Made by a program: the position numbers and the translations under genes. Positions 41,949 to 51,795 of a stretch of 64,000 nucleotides of DNA are shown here, one piece after another; within the stretch, counting starts at the first letter, position 1, and every line of letters starts with the position of its first letter. The notes under the pieces were generated by a model. The model was given only the letters and a program-made list of their open reading frames with translations, was not told the origin of the DNA and did not search any database. This stretch comes from an uncultured bacterium (GTDB lineage Bacteria; Babelota; Babeliae; Babelales; Vermiphilaceae): assembly GCA_963701085.1 (NCBI GenBank), contig OY969561.1, forward strand, positions 224,001-288,000, in the 5' to 3' direction.

Positions 41949-42136
41949 GCGCTTAATCCTTCAACAAGTTCAGGATGAGCGCGATAAGGATATGGAGTTC
42001 TTATTGGGGACCCCATCGGTCCTTCGACAAGCTTCCTCCTACGCATAAAGCTTCGTAGGACACGGCAGGATGAGCGGGCTGAAGATGGGGAATAGCTGAT
42101 GAGCGCGATAAGGACATGGAGTTCTTATTGGGACCA
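41949..42136. repeat. Composite repeat cluster (A, A with nested B, ~38-bp direct repeat)
   Basis: A copy at 41949-41982; CCTTCGACAAGCT[B]CAGGATGAGCGG at 42021-42077; GATGAGCGCGATAAGGAYATGGAGTTCTTATTGGG occurs twice. Confidence 0.9.
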
Positions 42137-42265
42137 CTTACCTGATATATTCAGGAAGGATAAAGTTAATATAACGATAAGATTAACAATGATCCAGATG
42201 GTATATTCATCATTTAAAATTAAGCAGAAAATTTACTAAAAGGTTTATAAAAAATAATTTTAATA

Positions 42266-42295
42266 TTGACAATGTATGCCACAGGGTAGTATAGT
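42266..42295 (+). promoter_or_regulatory. Sigma70-like promoter of the TA operon, probably leaderless
   Basis: TTGACA-18 bp-TATAGT; ATG 42303 lies 8 nt after the -10 box with no SD. Confidence 0.6.
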
Positions 42296-42302
42296 TTATG
42301 AT

Positions 42303-42650
42303 ATGAAAAGGAAGATCAGTCGAACTAAATATTTTAGTAGAGCCCTCAATAGTCTTTTAAAGAAAAGACAGATTTTGGAAGAAGATTTTGATGATTTTCA
42401 AGAAGAGCTTGCAAGAAATCCAGAGATGGGTGATATAATTCCTGGAACAAATGGAGTACGTAAGGCTCGATTAAAATCTGCTTCTCGCGGAAAAAGTGGC
42501 GGATCTAGAGTATGTTATTACGATATAACTAGTAAAAATGAGATATATTTACTTCTTATTTATGCAAAGAATCAACAGGAAGATATAACAGCTGAAGATA
42601 AAAAAGACTTCAAAGAATTAGTGAATGAATTACGGAGGAGTTCACGATGA
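42303..42650 (+). CDS. RelE/HigB-family toxin
   Basis: NPEMGDIIPGTNGVRKAR...RGKSGGSRV.YY...IYLLLIYAKNQQEDI. Confidence 0.92.
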   Translation: MKRKISRTKYFSRALNSLLKKRQILEEDFDDFQEELARNPEMGDIIPGTNGVRKARLKSASRGKSGGSRVCYYDITSKNEIYLLLIYAKNQQEDITAEDKKDFKELVNELRRSSR

Positions 42651-42958
42651 GCAGTAAATTTGCTAAGGATTTAAAAGCAGCACTGAAAGAAGCTATTGCC
42701 CATAAACAAGGTAAGCTTGATCTCTATTCGGAATATATAGAAATTCCTGAACCACCAGCTGAATACAAACCAAAAGAAATAAAAAAAATACGAGAAAAGA
42801 ATCATTATTCTCAAGGCATGTTTGCTTTGGTTCTCAATGTTAGCATAAAAACCGTGCAATCATGGGAAGCGGGTAAACGTGTTCCGACACATTCAGCATT
42901 ACGTTTATTAGAGATAGTTGATAAAGGTATTTATCGTCCTGAAATTATTAAAAAATGA
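42647..42958 (+). CDS. HigA-like Xre/HTH antitoxin
   Basis: IKKIRE...SQ..FA..LNVS.KTVQSWEAG.R.P...ALRLL; ATGA overlap with the toxin. Confidence 0.92.
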   Translation: MSSKFAKDLKAALKEAIAHKQGKLDLYSEYIEIPEPPAEYKPKEIKKIREKNHYSQGMFALVLNVSIKTVQSWEAGKRVPTHSALRLLEIVDKGIYRPEIIKK

Positions 42959-43038
42959 GAACAAAAGATTACGAAGAAAGTTTAGCAGAAGTGCTTAAAG
43001 ATCCTGAAGAAGCTTCAGCTTATCTTGATGAAAAATAT
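42955..43038 (+). pseudogene. Truncated N-terminus of a second addiction-module antidote
   Basis: MRTKDYEESLAEVLKDPEEASAYLDE resembles the antidote start L.DPE.A..YL, then runs into a terminator. Confidence 0.6.
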
Positions 43039-43039
43039 A

Positions 43040-43067
43040 AAAAAAGGAAGCATGTGCTTCCTTTTTT
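43040..43067. terminator. Bidirectional terminator
   Basis: AAAAAAGGAAGCA-TG-TGCTTCCTTTTTT. Confidence 0.8.
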
Positions 43068-43071
43068 AGTT

Positions 43072-44520
43072 TTAATATCCAGCAGGCGTTTTTGTGTGCC
43101 AATCAGTTTTTTGCTGAAATGCATGGCCAACTTGATACAACAGTTCTTCAGATAAATGAGGGCCGGCGATTTGGAACCCGATAGGCATGTTGTTGCTGCT
43201 CATACCGCAGGGGAGAGAAAGAGCAGGGATGCCTGCTAAATTCATTGCACAAGTAAAGTAGTCTTGTAGATCCATCTTGAGTTTATCGTTGGCAAATGCG
43301 CCTAATTTAAATGCAGGTGCAGGGTGAACTGGCATAACCAGGACATCAACATCAGCAAATGCTTGTTTAAATTCGTGGCTAATGAGGCGTTGCACTTTTT
43401 GTGCATTGTTATAAAACTGTCCCGCATGTCCGGCAGAAAGAACGTAATTGCCAACTAAAATGCGGGAGCGTACTTCTTCACCAAAACCATCATGACGTGA
43501 ATTGTAGTACATTTTAGATAATGTTTGTGCTTTTTTATCGCGTAATCCATAACGAACACCATCAAAGCGTGCCAAGTTTGATGCCGCTTCCGCGCGGCTT
43601 AAAATAAAATACGTTGCCGCAGCATAATTAAGTGTTGGTAATTGCATGTGTTTGATTGATGCGCCGTTGTTTTCAAAAACTTTGAGTGCTGTTTCAATGG
43701 CGTTAACAATTTCTTTTTCTACACCTTCTGCGTGTAATGCATTATCAACAACACCAATGCGTAAATTTTTTGGTAACGTGCCGCTTAAATTTTGTGTGTA
43801 ATCTTTTTTGTCTGTTTGTTGCATTGAAGCATCTCTATCATCTTTTCCTGCAATAACAGAAAGTATGCGTGCGTTATCATACACCGTGCGCGCCATGATA
43901 CCTATCTGATCAACAGAAGAACCATAGGCAACCAATCCATAGCGAGAAATTAAACCATACGTTGGTTTTAAGCCAACAATACCGCAGAGTGCTGATGGTT
44001 GATTAACAGAGCCACCAGTTTCAGAACCTAACGCCCATGGTACTAATCCTGCTGCAACAGCTGCTGCCGAACCACCGCTGGATCCTCCAGGTACGCATGT
44101 TTTATCCCATGGATTGTGTGTTTTTTGGAATGCAGATGTTTCTGTTGAACTTCCCATGGCAAATTCATCCATATTGGCACGGCCGATGAGTAATGCACCA
44201 GCTTTTTTTAAACGGGTAATTGCTGTTGCATCATACGTTGCAACAAAATTCTCTAATATTTTTGATGCACAAGATGTAATGCGGCCTTGTTGACAAATGT
44301 TGTCTTTAATAAGACCAGGAATACCAAAAACTTCTCCACCATCCTGGTGGGTTTTTTCGAGTATGGATTGTTTGTCGAATATTTCTAATGCAGAACCAAT
44401 TTCACCATCAAATGCTTCAAAGCGTCTCAAGTAAAATTCGAGAATTTCTTCTCGATTGATCTCTTTTTTTGCTAATTTTTCTTCTAACTCTTTAATTGTT
44501 ATAAATGGATGAATGCTCAT
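43072..44520 (-). CDS. gatA: Asp/Glu-tRNA amidotransferase subunit A
   Basis: IKDNI, NMDEFAMGSSTE, PGGSSGGSAAAV, GSETGGSV.QP, SNLARFDGVRYG. Confidence 0.97.
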   Translation of the reverse strand: MSIHPFITIKELEEKLAKKEINREEILEFYLRRFEAFDGEIGSALEIFDKQSILEKTHQDGGEVFGIPGLIKDNICQQGRITSCASKILENFVATYDATAITRLKKAGALLIGRANMDEFAMGSSTETSAFQKTHNPWDKTCVPGGSSGGSAAAVAAGLVPWALGSETGGSVNQPSALCGIVGLKPTYGLISRYGLVAYGSSVDQIGIMARTVYDNARILSVIAGKDDRDASMQQTDKKDYTQNLSGTLPKNLRIGVVDNALHAEGVEKEIVNAIETALKVFENNGASIKHMQLPTLNYAAATYFILSRAEAASNLARFDGVRYGLRDKKAQTLSKMYYNSRHDGFGEEVRSRILVGNYVLSAGHAGQFYNNAQKVQRLISHEFKQAFADVDVLVMPVHPAPAFKLGAFANDKLKMDLQDYFTCAMNLAGIPALSLPCGMSSNNMPIGFQIAGPHLSEELLYQVGHAFQQKTDWHTKTPAGY

Positions 44521-44543
44521 AATAATGCCCTAAGATGTTTAAG

Positions 44544-44831
44544 CTACTGACCTTCAATAATTACGGGAACAACGAAAAAGTCACCTTCACGTTCTGGTGC
44601 TTGCGCGAGGATGGTTTGTGCATCGGTAGGAATAACAATATCCTCACGTTCTATGTTGCTGTTTTTTAGTGAAGGAACATCAACATCTTGTGCTATTTCT
44701 TGTACGCGTGCAGCATAACTGAGAACTGCATCAAGATGTTTCATAGCGTTGATTATTTCTGTTTCAGAAAGCTCAATGTGTGATAAACGCGCAATTTTTT
44801 CAACTTCTTCTTTGGTGATAAGTTGTGCCAT
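44544..44831 (-). CDS. gatC: Asp/Glu-tRNA amidotransferase subunit C
   Basis: ITKEEVEKIARLS.I, N..RED, L.QAP....FF.VP.II; upstream of gatA. Confidence 0.93.
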   Translation of the reverse strand: MAQLITKEEVEKIARLSHIELSETEIINAMKHLDAVLSYAARVQEIAQDVDVPSLKNSNIEREDIVIPTDAQTILAQAPEREGDFFVVPVIIEGQ

Positions 44832-44845
44832 AATTTTCCTTTGTT

Positions 44846-46246
44846 TTAAACCGTTGGTGTCTTCCAATATTCGCTACGGAATCTTCTGATGTACCATATG
44901 CTCATTAATGCATTCCCGAGGTAAAATGATCCGTATAAAAGAACAAGTTTTACCAGTTCATTGCTAAATGTCCATTTTGATAATAGATAAGAAATAGGAA
45001 CAAAATAGAAAAAACAGGTTACAAATCTTACTATCATCACAATGCGCACATTACCGGCACCACGAAGCGCTCCAGACAAAATTAATTGTAACAAATCAAA
45101 GATAATAAATATACTCAGAAGAGGAAACGCTTGCATCGCTAGATCGGTAAAATCACCTTTTTTATCAAAGATGTTAATGATGTATTCGCGCTTGTAGATA
45201 AAAAAACAAAGAATAACAGAGACCATGCCAGAAGCCAAAAAGAGTACTTTTTTGATGTTTACTTTGACGCCATCCCAGTTTTTTATGCCAACATCATTGC
45301 TCACTAAAAAAGTAATAACTTGAGCGAATGCAAGAGCAGGTAAAAACGCAAAACGTTCCATATCTTTCACCACGCATGCAGCAGCAATACCATTGGTTCC
45401 CATAGTAGCTACCATTTTTCCAAGCCATACATAGGCCCATGCCATAATCGCTTTATCAAGAACTACGGGCCATGATATAGCAAGTAAATGTTTAACGTAG
45501 GAAATATCGGTAAGAGCAGAGAAAAGATTGATGCTGTACTTTAAGTTCTTTTTATTAAAGAGCACATAACAAAGGGCAAGAATCATCATGCTTCCATATT
45601 GTATAATGGTTGCGAGGGCAGACCCTTGCAGGCCCATAGCAGGAAATCCCCATTTGCCAAAAATGAGTACATAATCAAAAAAAACAAAGAGAACTGATCC
45701 AAAAATAAAAATCTTCATGGGAGTACGTGTGTTTTTGATTCCTCGCAGAAATCCTACCAATGCAAGATAAATAAACATGCACAATACGCCAATTGCGCGT
45801 AGTCGTAAAAAAGGAACACCGAGGGCTATGATATCCTCCGAGACTCCATACCATGAATAAATGGTGTGCGCACCAAAGAAAAGAGCACTTCCAAAAAGTA
45901 TCCCTAAGATTGTTGTTATCCAAAAAGCATCACGAATGGTGCGACCTACATTTTCAAAGGAACTTTGTCCGTTGAATTGTCCGCTGAGTACGATGGTACC
46001 AACAGAAAGAGCTTCTCCAACTTTGATAATTAAATGGAGAAAGCTGTTGGTGACGCCAAGAGTTGCATACGTGTGTACTGATGCAAGAGAACCAATAAAG
46101 GCTGCATCAAGCCAAAAAGGCATTGCGTATAATAAAAAATTAGTGATAAATTCAGGAAAAAAGTAGCGCAACAATGTGCTATATTTTTCACCTTTTTCAT
46201 TATTGTAAATGTCGCTTGCGTAGCGTGCGATAAAGCTTCTTACCAT
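44846..46246 (-). CDS. MATE-family efflux transporter
   Basis: D..FIG.L, GFLRG..NTRTPM, LIFG.WGFP.MG.QG.ALAT, GALRGAG; about 12 TM segments. Confidence 0.93.
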   Translation of the reverse strand: MVRSFIARYASDIYNNEKGEKYSTLLRYFFPEFITNFLLYAMPFWLDAAFIGSLASVHTYATLGVTNSFLHLIIKVGEALSVGTIVLSGQFNGQSSFENVGRTIRDAFWITTILGILFGSALFFGAHTIYSWYGVSEDIIALGVPFLRLRAIGVLCMFIYLALVGFLRGIKNTRTPMKIFIFGSVLFVFFDYVLIFGKWGFPAMGLQGSALATIIQYGSMMILALCYVLFNKKNLKYSINLFSALTDISYVKHLLAISWPVVLDKAIMAWAYVWLGKMVATMGTNGIAAACVVKDMERFAFLPALAFAQVITFLVSNDVGIKNWDGVKVNIKKVLFLASGMVSVILCFFIYKREYIINIFDKKGDFTDLAMQAFPLLSIFIIFDLLQLILSGALRGAGNVRIVMIVRFVTCFFYFVPISYLLSKWTFSNELVKLVLLYGSFYLGNALMSIWYIRRFRSEYWKTPTV

Positions 46247-46260
46247 GATGTTCCTTGTAG

Positions 46261-46908
46261 TTATTTTGTTTGTTTAAAGAAAACAAATTTTCTTTGAATG
46301 GTGTCTATTGTATAGAATACCTCTTTTTCTATAAAAGGCGCTTCTATTTTTTCAGGTTCCCATTGTTGTGATGCCCAATAGACGAGTGTTGCATCTTTGT
46401 AAGGAGATGATGGTTTGAATATACGCACGAGCTCCTCTGGTTGTAGCGACGCGCGTGCAAAAAAGTAATCAATTGGATAGTTTGTGGTGCGCAAAAATGT
46501 TCGCCAATCATATGGATAAATAGTGATATTATCCAATGTAAGCTCTTGAACAATATGAGCTAAAAAGCTTCTTTTTTTGTTATTTACTTCAATAAGGACC
46601 GTTTTTAAATGAGGAAACAGTATTTTTAAGGGAATTCCCGGAAAACCAGCTCCGGTGCCAATATCGGCGGTTGAATATATTGTAGTAAAGTCAATATGTT
46701 GTGCCAGAGCGAGTGAATCATCAAAATGGTTGTGTATAATAGCTGCGGGGTCTGTAATGGCAGTAAGGTTAAATTTTTTATTCCATTCAATTAAAAGTTC
46801 CAAATAACGGTCTAATTGAGCAGTTTGTGCTGTTGTTAAAGTATATTTATTGGCTAATTTGTCCAACTGAATAGGTGCAAAATTGCTCTCTAGATGCGGT
46901 TTGTTCAC
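46261..46908 (-). CDS. rsmG: 16S rRNA m7G527 methyltransferase
   Basis: WNKKFNLTAI, HFDDSL, DIGTGAGFPGIPL, ARA. Confidence 0.95.
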   Translation of the reverse strand: MNKPHLESNFAPIQLDKLANKYTLTTAQTAQLDRYLELLIEWNKKFNLTAITDPAAIIHNHFDDSLALAQHIDFTTIYSTADIGTGAGFPGIPLKILFPHLKTVLIEVNNKKRSFLAHIVQELTLDNITIYPYDWRTFLRTTNYPIDYFFARASLQPEELVRIFKPSSPYKDATLVYWASQQWEPEKIEAPFIEKEVFYTIDTIQRKFVFFKQTK

Positions 46909-47000
46909 TTTTATTCCCCTAAAATATAGCTTTTCTTTCTTCCCTTATGATATCATGGTTATGAGTAAAATACAATTTGTATTACCGGTGAAGTGGGTAT

Positions 47001-47693
47001 ATGAAAAAAAACTATTATGTTCTCGGATTGCCGCTCTTACTGCTCGTTTCTATGGGGATTAATGCTAATCCTACGATTACGTTTTTTTTCCGGCCATTCC
47101 ACGATATGGAAAAAGTGAATAAAAAAATAAGAAAACCAGGTAAATTGGCTCGGCATACCGTTCATGGGATTGTTGAGCATGCTCCTGTTGCAGGCATTTT
47201 GGTTACGTATGGTGGTTATGTAACAACATCGAGCTATAATGGGGAGATCATTTTACCAAGAAAGCATCAAAAAGCTGCTGTTACTATTTTGATAACACCG
47301 GAAATGGTACCTGTACCTTTATTTGAAAATACCATTTTACATTGGAAGCTTATACCGGCAATGCCGGCAAAAATGTATTTATGTCAGCAAAAGTGTCATG
47401 ATAAAACAGGGCAATGTTATTGGGCTACGCAAGAAATACCTTTACCAGAAGACGGAATAATTCCTCTTGCAGCAGTAATTATTGTTGCAGATCCAAAAAA
47501 TATTGTCATTAATAGTGGTGAAACAGTAACAAATGAGACGGCAAATCTTGTGTTGCCCGATATACAGGTAAAAAAAGGAATTAATATTATAGAAAACAGT
47601 TCTTATATGCTTACCATTCGGAATCTTTTTAAACCTGTTGGAACGGAAGAAAAGCGTGAACCATTTAAAATGCTTACACATATTATTGAATAA
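47001..47693 (+). CDS. Hypothetical exported protein
   Basis: Signal peptide ending INA; 230 aa. Confidence 0.75.
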   Translation: MKKNYYVLGLPLLLLVSMGINANPTITFFFRPFHDMEKVNKKIRKPGKLARHTVHGIVEHAPVAGILVTYGGYVTTSSYNGEIILPRKHQKAAVTILITPEMVPVPLFENTILHWKLIPAMPAKMYLCQQKCHDKTGQCYWATQEIPLPEDGIIPLAAVIIVADPKNIVINSGETVTNETANLVLPDIQVKKGINIIENSSYMLTIRNLFKPVGTEEKREPFKMLTHIIE

Positions 47694-47795
47694 AAGGAGC
47701 GCCATTTTTTTTAAATAATAAATCCTGCTATACTGAACGAGCATTATTCATAATGATTATTAAAAATAGTAATCACATTCTTTGAGGAACGTGAT

Positions 47796-48422
47796 ATGAA
47801 GTTACAAATTTCATTTGATCTTATTGATTTGGACAAGGCAATTGCCATTGCTTTAGATGTTGCCCAATATGCGGATATTATCGAGATAGGGACGATTCTT
47901 ATTTATCATCATGGAACAGAAGCTATAAAAAGATTTAAGGAAGCTCTTCCTGAAAAAGTAATTCTTGCTGATACAAAGATTGTTGATCGTGGTAAAGAAG
48001 TTGCTGAACTTTTTGCTGATGCAGGAGTAGATTGGATTACCGTGATGGCAGGAACGTCTCATCACGTGATTCATGCAACAACTACCGCAGCGCACAATGC
48101 TAATGTTAAGGTGATGCTTGATCTGATTGATTCAGATTCGGTTGGGCAATCAGCATTGGAAGCAAAAAATCTTGGTGCTGATGCATTGTTATTTCATCAG
48201 CCGTATAGTGAGACCGAATCGCTCGTTTTTCTTGATAAGTGGGATATGATAAAAGGCAACAGCAGTTTGCCTATTTTTGTTTCTGCAAAAATTAATCGCG
48301 ATAATGTTGATAAAATTGTTGCGCTTAAGCCTGATGTTATTATTGTTGGTTTGAGTATTACTGATGCAGAGGATAGTGCTCACGAGGCGCACTATTTTGC
48401 TGAGTTGGTGAGTAAATTGTAA
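47796..48422 (+). CDS. HPS/KGPDC (3-hexulose-6-phosphate synthase-like) family protein
   Basis: MKLQISFD, IEIGT, AD.KIVD.G, AGVD.ITV, IVG..IT.A.D. Confidence 0.85.
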   Translation: MKLQISFDLIDLDKAIAIALDVAQYADIIEIGTILIYHHGTEAIKRFKEALPEKVILADTKIVDRGKEVAELFADAGVDWITVMAGTSHHVIHATTTAAHNANVKVMLDLIDSDSVGQSALEAKNLGADALLFHQPYSETESLVFLDKWDMIKGNSSLPIFVSAKINRDNVDKIVALKPDVIIVGLSITDAEDSAHEAHYFAELVSKL

Positions 48423-48431
48423 ATAGGGCTA

Positions 48432-49346
48432 TCAAAATTTCATAGCTAATTTCATAACAGGATGACCTTGATCATTGGTACCTAAGCCAAGTTGAAGGTC
48501 TCTTTTTTTTGCTAATTTTGAGTCTATGAGTTTATTTGCCGAAAACGCATACATTGCACCAAATCCTGCACCGGCGACCATTTGGGAAAGATAGTGGCGG
48601 TTGCTTGATAAAAATATTATTGAGACAAATGCGGCAATACTGCCCAATGGTACTGCATAATTGGGGCCATAGCGCATGCCATAGAGTACGGCGGTATACG
48701 TTGCTTCAGCTAAATGACCTGATGGAAATCCGCCATATTTTCGTTGGTTTTTTGCAAATTTTTCATGGAATGGTCGTTTGCAGATATCATAATCTAGTCT
48801 TGTTTTAAAGAAATCTTTTGCTATTAAAACAAATGGCATACCGGTAAGGAATATCTGACTTGTCATTTGCATATCCTCATTTCGGCTGAGAAACGCTTGT
48901 GTGCCAAGGAGTACAATGGGAACACCAATGCTTAAGCGTGCAACTTCTTTACTCCACTGCGAAGGTTCGTTTTTATTCTTTTTATTTTTATGATCAAAAA
49001 AGCAGTTGTGGAGTTTTTCATCAATCATACGTGCGCCAACAAAAAAGGGTGCGGTAGTCACAAATATTTTGAATGAATCCCATGAAAAAAGACCTAAATT
49101 AATTTTTACAACATCCTCAACAAATCCTCCAAGCATTTGAGTGATGCGATGTTTAGCAGGTGGTCTATTGCGTAACCATGGACGATTATTGCGTTTTGCG
49201 CGGATTGCAGCGGATCCTTCCCTTCTTTCTCGAGTACGTTCGTTACGGCGTTGGGTATAGCTGAGTGGTTTTTTATTGTCAGAACAGAGCGCGGTAACGC
49301 AGCTTGTTATTGTAAGAAAACAAATTATTTTTTTTGCACAATTCAT
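48432..49346 (-). CDS. PAP2-family phosphatase with signal peptide
   Basis: K...RP, FPSGH and RH..SQ..AG motifs; likely start MNCAKK after GAGGT. Confidence 0.85.
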   Translation of the reverse strand: MNCAKKIICFLTITSCVTALCSDNKKPLSYTQRRNERTRERREGSAAIRAKRNNRPWLRNRPPAKHRITQMLGGFVEDVVKINLGLFSWDSFKIFVTTAPFFVGARMIDEKLHNCFFDHKNKKNKNEPSQWSKEVARLSIGVPIVLLGTQAFLSRNEDMQMTSQIFLTGMPFVLIAKDFFKTRLDYDICKRPFHEKFAKNQRKYGGFPSGHLAEATYTAVLYGMRYGPNYAVPLGSIAAFVSIIFLSSNRHYLSQMVAGAGFGAMYAFSANKLIDSKLAKKRDLQLGLGTNDQGHPVMKLAMKF

Positions 49347-49534
49347 TGTTACCTCACTTGTTAGGCTTGCGATGCTGAGAGTTATTATTCTTAAGATATA
49401 ATTTTTGCAATGCATAATACAAGGGTGCTGCGGATGAAGTAAGAGTGGGTATGGTAGAAATTTTATGTTATTGAAAATGGGCAAGCATTATGGTATGAGA
49501 GTTGATAATTCATAGTAATCAAAAGGAGTAAGAA

Positions 49535-50623
49535 ATGATAAGAAACTTTTTTTTAGGATTAATTATCTTTTTCAATATATCTCTTTGTGGTATGGATTGC
49601 TCTGTGCCGATAGAAAATGATCAGTTGTTATTAACAATGAGCATGCCTATAATAGGACGATATTGTGACCTTCGATCTTTAGGATCTTTAATGAGATTAA
49701 ATCATACCTATCATTATGTATGTGACATAGCAAACATATGTCCCTCTGTTAAAAAAGATGAATGTTCTACCTTTGTGTGTGCTGAGTTGGCACAGCATTA
49801 TTATCTCTGCAGTAGGGCACTTGCATATTGTGCTAAACAAGGTAACAGTGCAATGTTTGTCCATTTATCTACGCCTTATAAAGAGGTGATATATGAGGAA
49901 TTAAGCTCTGTTGATTCTTTTGATATGAAAAATTTGGATAAGCAGTCGAGAGTGGATGTACTTTCTTGGTATGCCAAATACCATGGTACTCAAGAAAAAG
50001 CAGAAAAAGCTTTCAATGATCTTGTATTAGATAGATTTTGCGATAAAGATGCAGATACATTAAAAATTTTATTTCAGGGCAGAAATCTTTACATACCTCA
50101 TATAAAAAATTCGTCTATTTTTAAAGGTATTTGCCGTATGGGAGATATTGATCTCCTTTTTAGCTATTTTAAGTCGTATGGCTATAACGATGATCAAAAA
50201 AGCTTAAAACGAATAATAAAATACGGAACATTTTCTCTTATAAAGGCATTGCTTGAAAATGGCTCTCTATTATTAGGGGATGTTGGAAAATGTGATAGGA
50301 CAGTGGTTCATTTTGCAGTGTTGTATGATCAATGTAGGCGTTTGCGGCTATTGATTGAGCATGGCTTTCATGTAGATGCCTATGATAGTTATGGAAGAAC
50401 GCCACTGCATTATGCTGCTAAGAAAAGCAATATTGATGCAGTCAGGTTGTTGCTTGAAAAAGGTAGTAATGTTCATCTTGTTGATAACAAAGGAAAAACA
50501 GCATACGATTACGTTCCTCTTACTCACATAAAAATATCCCATGCAATGGGATTTGATGTATCTAATTTGAAATATCGCAATACGGTGATACGGAAACTTC
50601 TTGAAGAATGTACAAGGATATAA
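49535..50623 (+). CDS. Exported ankyrin-repeat protein with degenerate F-box-like N-terminus
   Basis: GRTPLHYAA...AVRLLLEKG; IIGRYCDLRSLGSLMRLNH. Confidence 0.88.
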   Translation: MIRNFFLGLIIFFNISLCGMDCSVPIENDQLLLTMSMPIIGRYCDLRSLGSLMRLNHTYHYVCDIANICPSVKKDECSTFVCAELAQHYYLCSRALAYCAKQGNSAMFVHLSTPYKEVIYEELSSVDSFDMKNLDKQSRVDVLSWYAKYHGTQEKAEKAFNDLVLDRFCDKDADTLKILFQGRNLYIPHIKNSSIFKGICRMGDIDLLFSYFKSYGYNDDQKSLKRIIKYGTFSLIKALLENGSLLLGDVGKCDRTVVHFAVLYDQCRRLRLLIEHGFHVDAYDSYGRTPLHYAAKKSNIDAVRLLLEKGSNVHLVDNKGKTAYDYVPLTHIKISHAMGFDVSNLKYRNTVIRKLLEECTRI

Positions 50624-50625
50624 GA

Positions 50626-51795
50626 ATGACTGATCGAAAACTGTTTTTTTTACTAACTGTTTTGTCTGTTATGTCAACCAATTCCATGTACGTATCTGAG
50701 TCGTTGCCATGTGGTATGCTATTGTTGCCGCACGATGTTGCTCGTAATAAAATACAATCGTTACTTTCTTTTCAGGAGATTGCTCGGCTTAAACAATCAT
50801 CTCAATGGTGTAATAGAGTGTGTGACGTTGAGCACGTATGTCCGTTGTTTTGTACGCATACATGCTCGACGTATGCATGTGCGCAACTTGCAAAAAATTA
50901 TTATGCTTGCAGCAAGGCATTGAGTCATTTTGCTCGCAACAAAGATGAATATATGTTTATGCATTTATGGATGCATCACGCACAGGTGAGAAATAAAGAT
51001 ATCATTGAGATTTGTAAATGTTCGGTGGTGAGCGTAAAAAATCAGATGGATGTATATAGTAAGCGTTATAGTAACGAAAAGAATATTCGCAAGCATATTG
51101 TGAAGTGCGGAGCAAGAGCAATATGTAAATATCATGATAGAGATTGCGCCAAAACAGTATTTGCAGGTGGAGGTTTATCCATTTTTGATTTGTTAAAAGA
51201 GTATGGTTGTCAGAAAGAATCTAAAGACTATTTTAATGTATATTTTATTTTTTATAAGGCAGCTTGGTTGGATGATTCAGAGCTTATAAAGCATTTGTGT
51301 GGAGGAACTGTTGATGAACGCTCATTTAAGTACATTATGAGGTATGCAGATCCTGGTTTGCTGAGCAATTTGATTTGTGATGATATATTGACTCCTGATA
51401 TTACGAGTAAATCAAGAAAATCATTGCTTCATTATGTTGCACACAAAGGGCTTGCTCATATTATAAAGATTCTTCTTGATAAGGGCGCGTATGTAAATTG
51501 TGTTGATGAAGAGGGGATGACTCCGCTTCATTATGCAGTAAAAAAAGTTCATATTGATGCAGTTTTGATGCTTTTAACAAGTGCAGATGCGGATGTTCGT
51601 TTTGTGGATAAAAGAGGCAAGAAAGCTCTCGATTACGCTATTCCGACACAACGGTTTATGTTAGGCATGTCGGATGACCTAGCTGATAGAAAAACTATTC
51701 AAGGCATATTGCAATCTCACCTTGAAAAAAGCAGTGCGCATGCGTATAGTTATGCTAAAATTCATAGTAATGGTTATCAAAAGTTGCGTGTATGA
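50626..51795 (+). CDS. Exported F-box-like + ankyrin protein
   Basis: LLPHDVARNKIQSLLSFQEIARLKQSSQW; SLLHYVA, GMTPLHYAV. Confidence 0.88.
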   Translation: MTDRKLFFLLTVLSVMSTNSMYVSESLPCGMLLLPHDVARNKIQSLLSFQEIARLKQSSQWCNRVCDVEHVCPLFCTHTCSTYACAQLAKNYYACSKALSHFARNKDEYMFMHLWMHHAQVRNKDIIEICKCSVVSVKNQMDVYSKRYSNEKNIRKHIVKCGARAICKYHDRDCAKTVFAGGGLSIFDLLKEYGCQKESKDYFNVYFIFYKAAWLDDSELIKHLCGGTVDERSFKYIMRYADPGLLSNLICDDILTPDITSKSRKSLLHYVAHKGLAHIIKILLDKGAYVNCVDEEGMTPLHYAVKKVHIDAVLMLLTSADADVRFVDKRGKKALDYAIPTQRFMLGMSDDLADRKTIQGILQSHLEKSSAHAYSYAKIHSNGYQKLRV

